Shown here: in pieces, positions 49,871 to 55,555 of the stretch
How positions within the stretch are numbered: the stretch's first letter is position 1
How the letters are laid out: each line of letters starts with the position of its first letter
DNA from: Octopus bimaculoides
Lineage: Eukaryota
DNA length: 55,555 nucleotides
Assembly: GCF_001194135.2 (NCBI RefSeq)
Contig: NC_068983.1
Coordinates: 14,083,908-14,139,462 of the forward strand
Direction: 5' to 3'
Translations under genes and position numbers: made by a program
Notes under the pieces: generated by a model
What the model saw: only the letters and a program-made list of their open reading frames with translations
Database searches by the model: none
What the model was told of the DNA's origin: nothing

Positions 49871-50189
49871 TCTTCCTTTTAATTTTATATATATATCAAT
49901 TTAATACACAACAGTGTATCGCAAAGCAATCTTTCAGACTTTATTTATGCGTTATATATATGTTAAAAACTAGAATGCTGGAAAATGAGAAAATAAGAAA
50001 AAACGTGACGAAGGTTAGTGCAAAAAATGGAACGAGTAAATAGAAACGAAATCAAGGAAACTAAGTTCCTCATCCTCTTTGACTGCAGAGAGCTTATTAA
50101 ATACAACTGGTATAAAACAAAATAACAGAAACTACGTAAACGTCAGCGAGACAGCAACTTAATCCGGAGCGGGTGGTGCCTTCCAATTC

Positions 50190-50702
50190 AATAAAAGAAA
50201 CTTGTTCATATATTTACACTTGCTAAAAATTTCAAGCCTGGAATTAAGCAGTATTGGAATTACTGGATCTAAAAGTAATAAGAGATTTTTTTCTGCTACG
50301 CATTTCTTAGATCCACGGCTTGGATTTCTCCACTATTCTCCACTTAATTGTATGGACTGTGGAACTCCTCTTCAAGTTCCATAAGTAGCTAGTCATCTTA
50401 GTTGCATTACTGTTATTGATGTGCCGGAAAATAATAAGTGGTTTGCATTACGTCTCTTGACTTTCCCTCACACAACCCGATGTAATTCTCCTTTTCAATT
50501 GATTTATCTTGAAGGGTAGCTGTAACTTCATCCTCGTACATCATACACACCTGGACATGGCTGCCCACTTGACCAGGCGCACATGATAAACTTTATAAAT
50601 ATGCCTCAAAAAAGCATGAAACTATCAGTAGCTCTTTCGGTTGTGTTTTAAATTGATATCATTTCTCTCTGGATAGAGTACTGTTTTGTGGATTCTACCT
50701 CT

Positions 50703-50743
<41 letters not shown>

Positions 50744-50860
50744 CTTTTCGATGCTGATAATTTCCAGGCATATAAATGCGCTGTGAAATATAACTGAACG
50801 TCAGTTTTAAACTCGGACGAAGCTTTAAGTTGAGACACAAACACTCAACAATGAGTGCAT
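50190..50860 (-). mobile_element. Penelope-like element GIY-YIG endonuclease remnant, interrupted by (TG)n
   Basis: Frameshifted MMYEDEVTATLQDKSIEKENYIGLCEGK / KRRNANHL / NATKMTSYLWNLK...IKWRIVEKSKP / EKNL...LLNSRLEIFSKCKYMNKFLL match PLE endonuclease C-termini. Confidence 0.85.
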
Positions 50861-50936
50861 TGCAACCTATAGCAGAAACAGTTGTTAGCCAATGAAGTTC
50901 ACTACATAATTTCTCGTTCTCTTCATTTATATTATC

Positions 50937-51009
<73 letters not shown>

Positions 51010-51885
51010 TACATTCCAACACAGGGAAATATACATGCGAAATGGAGCATCGGGCATCATTCCTTGCAATATTTGTTCCAGCTTTCTGCGTTCTCGGTTC
51101 AAATCCTGTCAGCTAAATAGAGTAATGAAATAATTAGAGCGTCGAACAAGATGCCATGCGATATTTGTTCCAGGATTTTGCGTTCTAAATTCAAATTATC
51201 CGCGTTACTGGAGCCCCCATCGCGGGTGAGATCATTACGTGATGCTGACATCGAGTTTAAATGGAAATTATAGAACACATGAAAATCCAATTCACTCTCC
51301 AAAACCTAATGTGGTGTGAATACCGCCGGAGACTGATGGCGGATTAATATACATATATACGTACTTACATACGCACATTCATACATATATACACACATAC
51401 ATACACACAGACACACGCATGGATGTTTATATATATATATATATTTATATATATGAATTTATACATACATGCAGATGTATATAAATGTATGAATTTATAC
51501 ATACATGGATGTATATATTATTAATATACATATATCGATACCTACACACACCAGTGTGTACTGTATATAGACATACTTTTAAAGCCATAAGTTGAAATTA
51601 TCTATGAATATGTTTGCAAGTCTGTGTGTGCGTACATTTACCTGTGCGTGTACATGTCAGTGTGTGTGTGTCTGTGTGAATGTGTGTGTGTGTGTCTGTG
51701 TCTGTGTGTGTGCGTGTGAGCGTATGTTCTGTGTCTGTGTATGTGAGCGTGTATGTGTACATGTGTATGCAAATGCATTAGTTATGACTCAGTGCAGATA
51801 AGAACAACTCTTCATTCAACATTTTAGATGCTGACTGTACACTGCAGAGCAGCCGACTTCTCTACAGTCATCTTTTGTCATACAC

Positions 51886-51944
<59 letters not shown>

Positions 51945-52069
51945 CATACATATACACACAAACATACATATATACATATGTATGTATATACATATATATA
52001 CATATATATATATATATTTACATACATATATATGTATATATATAGATATGTATACATATGTATGTATAA

Positions 52070-52123
<54 letters not shown>

Positions 52124-52197
52124 CACACACACATATGAATATATGTGTGCGTGTGCGCGTGTGTATGTATACGTATATAAATATATGTATATGCACA

Positions 52198-52231
<34 letters not shown>

Positions 52232-53176
52232 GATATATATATATACATGGTATATATATATATATATATATTACCTCCCTTGCTGTTTTGCGCTCATCAC
52301 ACACACACACCTGCTCACACACACACACACACACACTTGCTCACACATACTCCCAAACAGACAAACACTCAATATATGCACAGCTGCATCCTAACGCCGA
52401 CCGTTTTAATCTCATTAGAATCAGACAGGAGAGGGTGTAAGTCCGCCATTACCTTCCCCGGTCTGTTATATGATAGCGTTATTCATCATACATATTAGTT
52501 ATGCGAACACGGCGTATTTCCTATTCTCACAGCTATTAGGCTCCGTTTTACAGACCGCCTTCACCACCAAATACTTGTAGCTAGCTGCTGTAAAGAAAAT
52601 ATAGCAACTCTTTGATGGCTATATTTTATTTATATAGATAGATGTCTCTAAAGCACTGTGTTTTTTCCCTATAAGTGTGCGTGTATAACGTAGTGTAAAC
52701 TTGTCAAATTTTCAAGTTAAAAGCAGTCGTCATGTTATAGTGAGCTTTTGCTTATTGTATTAAATAGAACAAACTAGGAGGGACGGCGTTGGTGTTAATG
52801 ATTAAGATGTATAACCTGGGAAGAGCTGTCATTGAGTGAAACTTGGCACTATGAACTATATTGTTTACGCACACACTCACACACAGTTGTACGAATGAGT
52901 CTTGTATATGGTCAATGGACCTGTTAAGAAAAAACGCCGGCCAGATCTTTCTCAGAACGCATTTAGAAAGTAACAGAAGAAAGGACATATTGGAAAATGT
53001 AACCATAGATTCAGTGTGAATGAAGAGGAATAAAAACGAGTTAGTCGTTAATGAACTGTCTTTGATCATGGGTTTGTTGAAGTAGGTCTGACCGCAGTAT
53101 AATGATTATGGACGACCACAACAAATTAAAGAAGAAAAATCGAAAAAACTATAATAGACGCAGGAATGTCTAGAGT

Positions 53177-53365
53177 CGTAGGCATGGCTCTGTGGTAAGG
53201 AGCTTGCTTTCCAGCCACATGACACGAGGTTCAATCCTACTGCGTGGCACCTTGGACAGGTGTCTTCTTCTATAGCCTCGGTCCGACCAAAACATTGTGA
53301 GTGGGTTTGGTAGACGGAAACTGAAAGAAGCCCTATCGTGTGTGTGTGTGTGTGTGTGTGTGCTT
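53177..53365 (+). mobile_element. SINE family B, 5' half ending in (TG)n
   Basis: cgtaggcatggctctgtggtaaggagcttgc ... ggttcaatcctactgcgtggcaccttggacagg ... gtagacggaaactgaaagaagccc. Confidence 0.88.
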
Positions 53366-54535
53366 ATGTGTGCGTGTGTGTCTTCCCTGTACTTGGAGTA
53401 TAGAGTGAAGGTATGTCATTTATGTGGTCACTAATGTCGACAAAAGAACTCTGACGAACCTAATCGATTGACTGCTTCATCGAACGATTAATCAAAGAGT
53501 CGATTAGTTAATTGGTTAAATGGTTAACAAGTTGTCTAATAACGATAATAAAGAGAAACAGAACCAGGGAATTTGTTTATTATTTGGCATAACAACCCTC
53601 CCAAGATTCAACAAAATCTGGTTCAACATACGATTTCACATAAGTAACGTTGCAATCCAAGTACAAAATCGAAATATAATCAATCTTATTGAGAAAAAAG
53701 AGCACGCATACTTCTAGTTTGTTCGATTGCCGAACGCGTTATGTTCTGTGAGGCTAGAATTAATTTCTTACATAAGATTAATATTTAAATACATGCATCA
53801 TGCATTCTGCTCGAAGTTGTTACAAAAATATTATTCCTCCGTGCTGCGTTGATATATTACTAAAACAGTATACAATGCTATTCGTAGAAAATTATATACA
53901 ATGCCATCCGTCAAACGGTAGAAAGGGTCACCAGGTTGCTCTGGGATAAATGTGAATAAAATATTATCTGATCCTAATCATATTCATAGAAGGAAACACA
54001 AAAAATGTTGTTTGAATATTCTGACAAACACAAACGAAACACAGATTCTGGGGCAAAAAGGAATGTACTGTTATTATAGGTCAACCGCTCAGCGAACGTT
54101 AACATTTATTTGAAAACCCTAAGAAAGAGAATATTTATATACAACTGCTTTGAAATTTTACAGCTTCTCTATCCATATTATAATTGGTTGTTTTCAATCC
54201 GGTTATATTCTTAAGAGTCAAAATAGTAATCTCTCGTAAAGAAGGAGATCAAACTACACTCTGCTATTTGAATGTGTAAGTAGAATAGTGATAATATGCA
54301 ATGCGTCTCTCTATTCAGCATATAGCTCTTTCATTGTGGCTGTGATATAAATTCTATCGATTGATCTTTGTTTCTCAGAAGAAGCTAATCCTTTCTTTAT
54401 AGAAAGATTTGAAGAATTCAAACGAATTAAAAACAAGTATGCATGCAATCATGCATATATGTACGCATATGTACATAAGAGCGTAAATGCGCGCATACTC
54501 ATGTATATATGCATAAACACATAGGCATATATATA

Positions 54536-54740
54536 TGCAAATATACATGTATCTCCATGCAAACGTTATATCCATGCACGTATATCCATGCACATGCAAA
54601 TATACATGTATCNNNNNNNNNNTTATATCCATGCACGTATATCCATGCACATGCAAATATACATGTATCTCCATGCAAACGTTATATCCATGCACGTATA
54701 TACATGTATATGCAAATATACATGTATGTCCATGCAAACG
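54536..54740. repeat. 59-bp minisatellite (at least 3.5 copies, with a small gap)
   Basis: The unit ttatatccatgcacgtatatccatgcacatgcaaatatacatgtatctccatgcaaacg starts at 54566, 54623 (after the gap) and 54682. Confidence 0.9.
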
Positions 54741-55384
54741 TTCTTATATATGTACATATGCAATCATAAATACACGTACTTACCCATATATTCATAAAAA
54801 ACATACACGCATGCACATACATATGTATAGACGATCAGAGTAGGTATACAAACATACGTTTTCGATGAACGCCGCATAGGGGATAATAAAAGGTGTAAGA
54901 CCGTCTTAAAATTCAAAGGGTGGATCGTTGCGCAAAAGATTACGGAAAGAAAAAATCCGTACTTAGTTTGTATTTTATACATTTGTAACCTTATCACAAA
55001 GCAGGGGGACAACTAAATTAAAGTTCAAAATTTCAGTTTCAATCGCAGTTTGTATATATGGTTACCAAGTAGGTACACGTGTACTTGTCTAGGTATGCAG
55101 CTATATGTATGAATATACATGATTCAAACATACAGATATTCACATGCACTCGGAAAACTTTCACACGTACACATACATGCGCAACTGCTCTGTGTAATGT
55201 TGTCGAAATTCCAGTGACGGTGCCTTGCATCTGTGTAGAAAGCGGAATCTTTCTCCATTGAGAAAGAATTTAGAAAGAAAACATTGGCAAAAAATAGAAC
55301 TAAATAATAGCATACATACCTACCTACCTAGCTACTTACATACGTACGTACGTACGTACGTACGTACGTACCTACCTACCCTCG

Positions 55385-55450
55385 GGGCGTTGCTCCTGCT
55401 TGGCCGCAGCCTAATGACTGAAACAAGTAAAGAATGAAAGAATAAAAGAA
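55385..55450 (+). mobile_element. SINE family B, extreme 3' end
   Basis: gctcctgcttggccgcagcctaatgactgaaacaagtaaagaatgaaagaataaaag. Confidence 0.7.
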
Positions 55451-55494
55451 TTTAACATCAAAATTACATGGAATGAACACATGCGCACGATCAG

Positions 55495-55530
<36 letters not shown>

Positions 55531-55555
55531 GTGTATATGTGTATATATATATATA

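Noticed and set aside
48938-49882. 314-aa ORF as an intact gene
   Set aside because: It is a chance fusion of the palindromic MITE, a poly-A run and a decayed PLE RT fragment, with no coherent N-terminus.
50060-50110. Possible hammerhead downstream of the 50190-50860 PLE (minus strand ggatga-ggaac-ttag-tttcc)
   Set aside because: It lacks both an intact CUGA and the GAAA core, so it is too degenerate to call.

Overview
Eukaryotic, AT-rich, repeat-saturated intronic or intergenic DNA from a gapped draft assembly, with about 11 larger N runs (e.g. 12222-12945, 25762-26595, 40065-41025, 45794-46644). The tRNA-derived SINE families, dense (CA)n/(TA)n/(ATT)n/(TATC)n microsatellites and TTAGGG motif point to a cephalopod, most likely Octopus (pattern recognition, not a database result). 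I find no complete protein-coding gene, rRNA, true tRNA or CRISPR array. Nearly all long ORFs in the track are artefacts of N runs or microsatellites. The window holds many copies of at least four SINE families (labelled A-D here), decayed LINEs (Tx1/L1, RTE, R4/Dong-like, Hero-like), four Penelope-like (PLE) remnants, and Tc1/mariner, Tigger/pogo and hAT fragments. The most interesting structures are a pair of minimal type I hammerhead ribozyme motifs 500 nt apart in PLE terminal sequence, one with an intact core and both with different but self-complementary stem II. Others are two long foldback palindromes (18961-19218, 49031-49291), a (CCCTAA)n-(TTAGGG)n inverted telomeric junction, elements embedded in (ATT)n repeats, and two weak candidate host-gene exons. 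All translations and alignments were done by eye.
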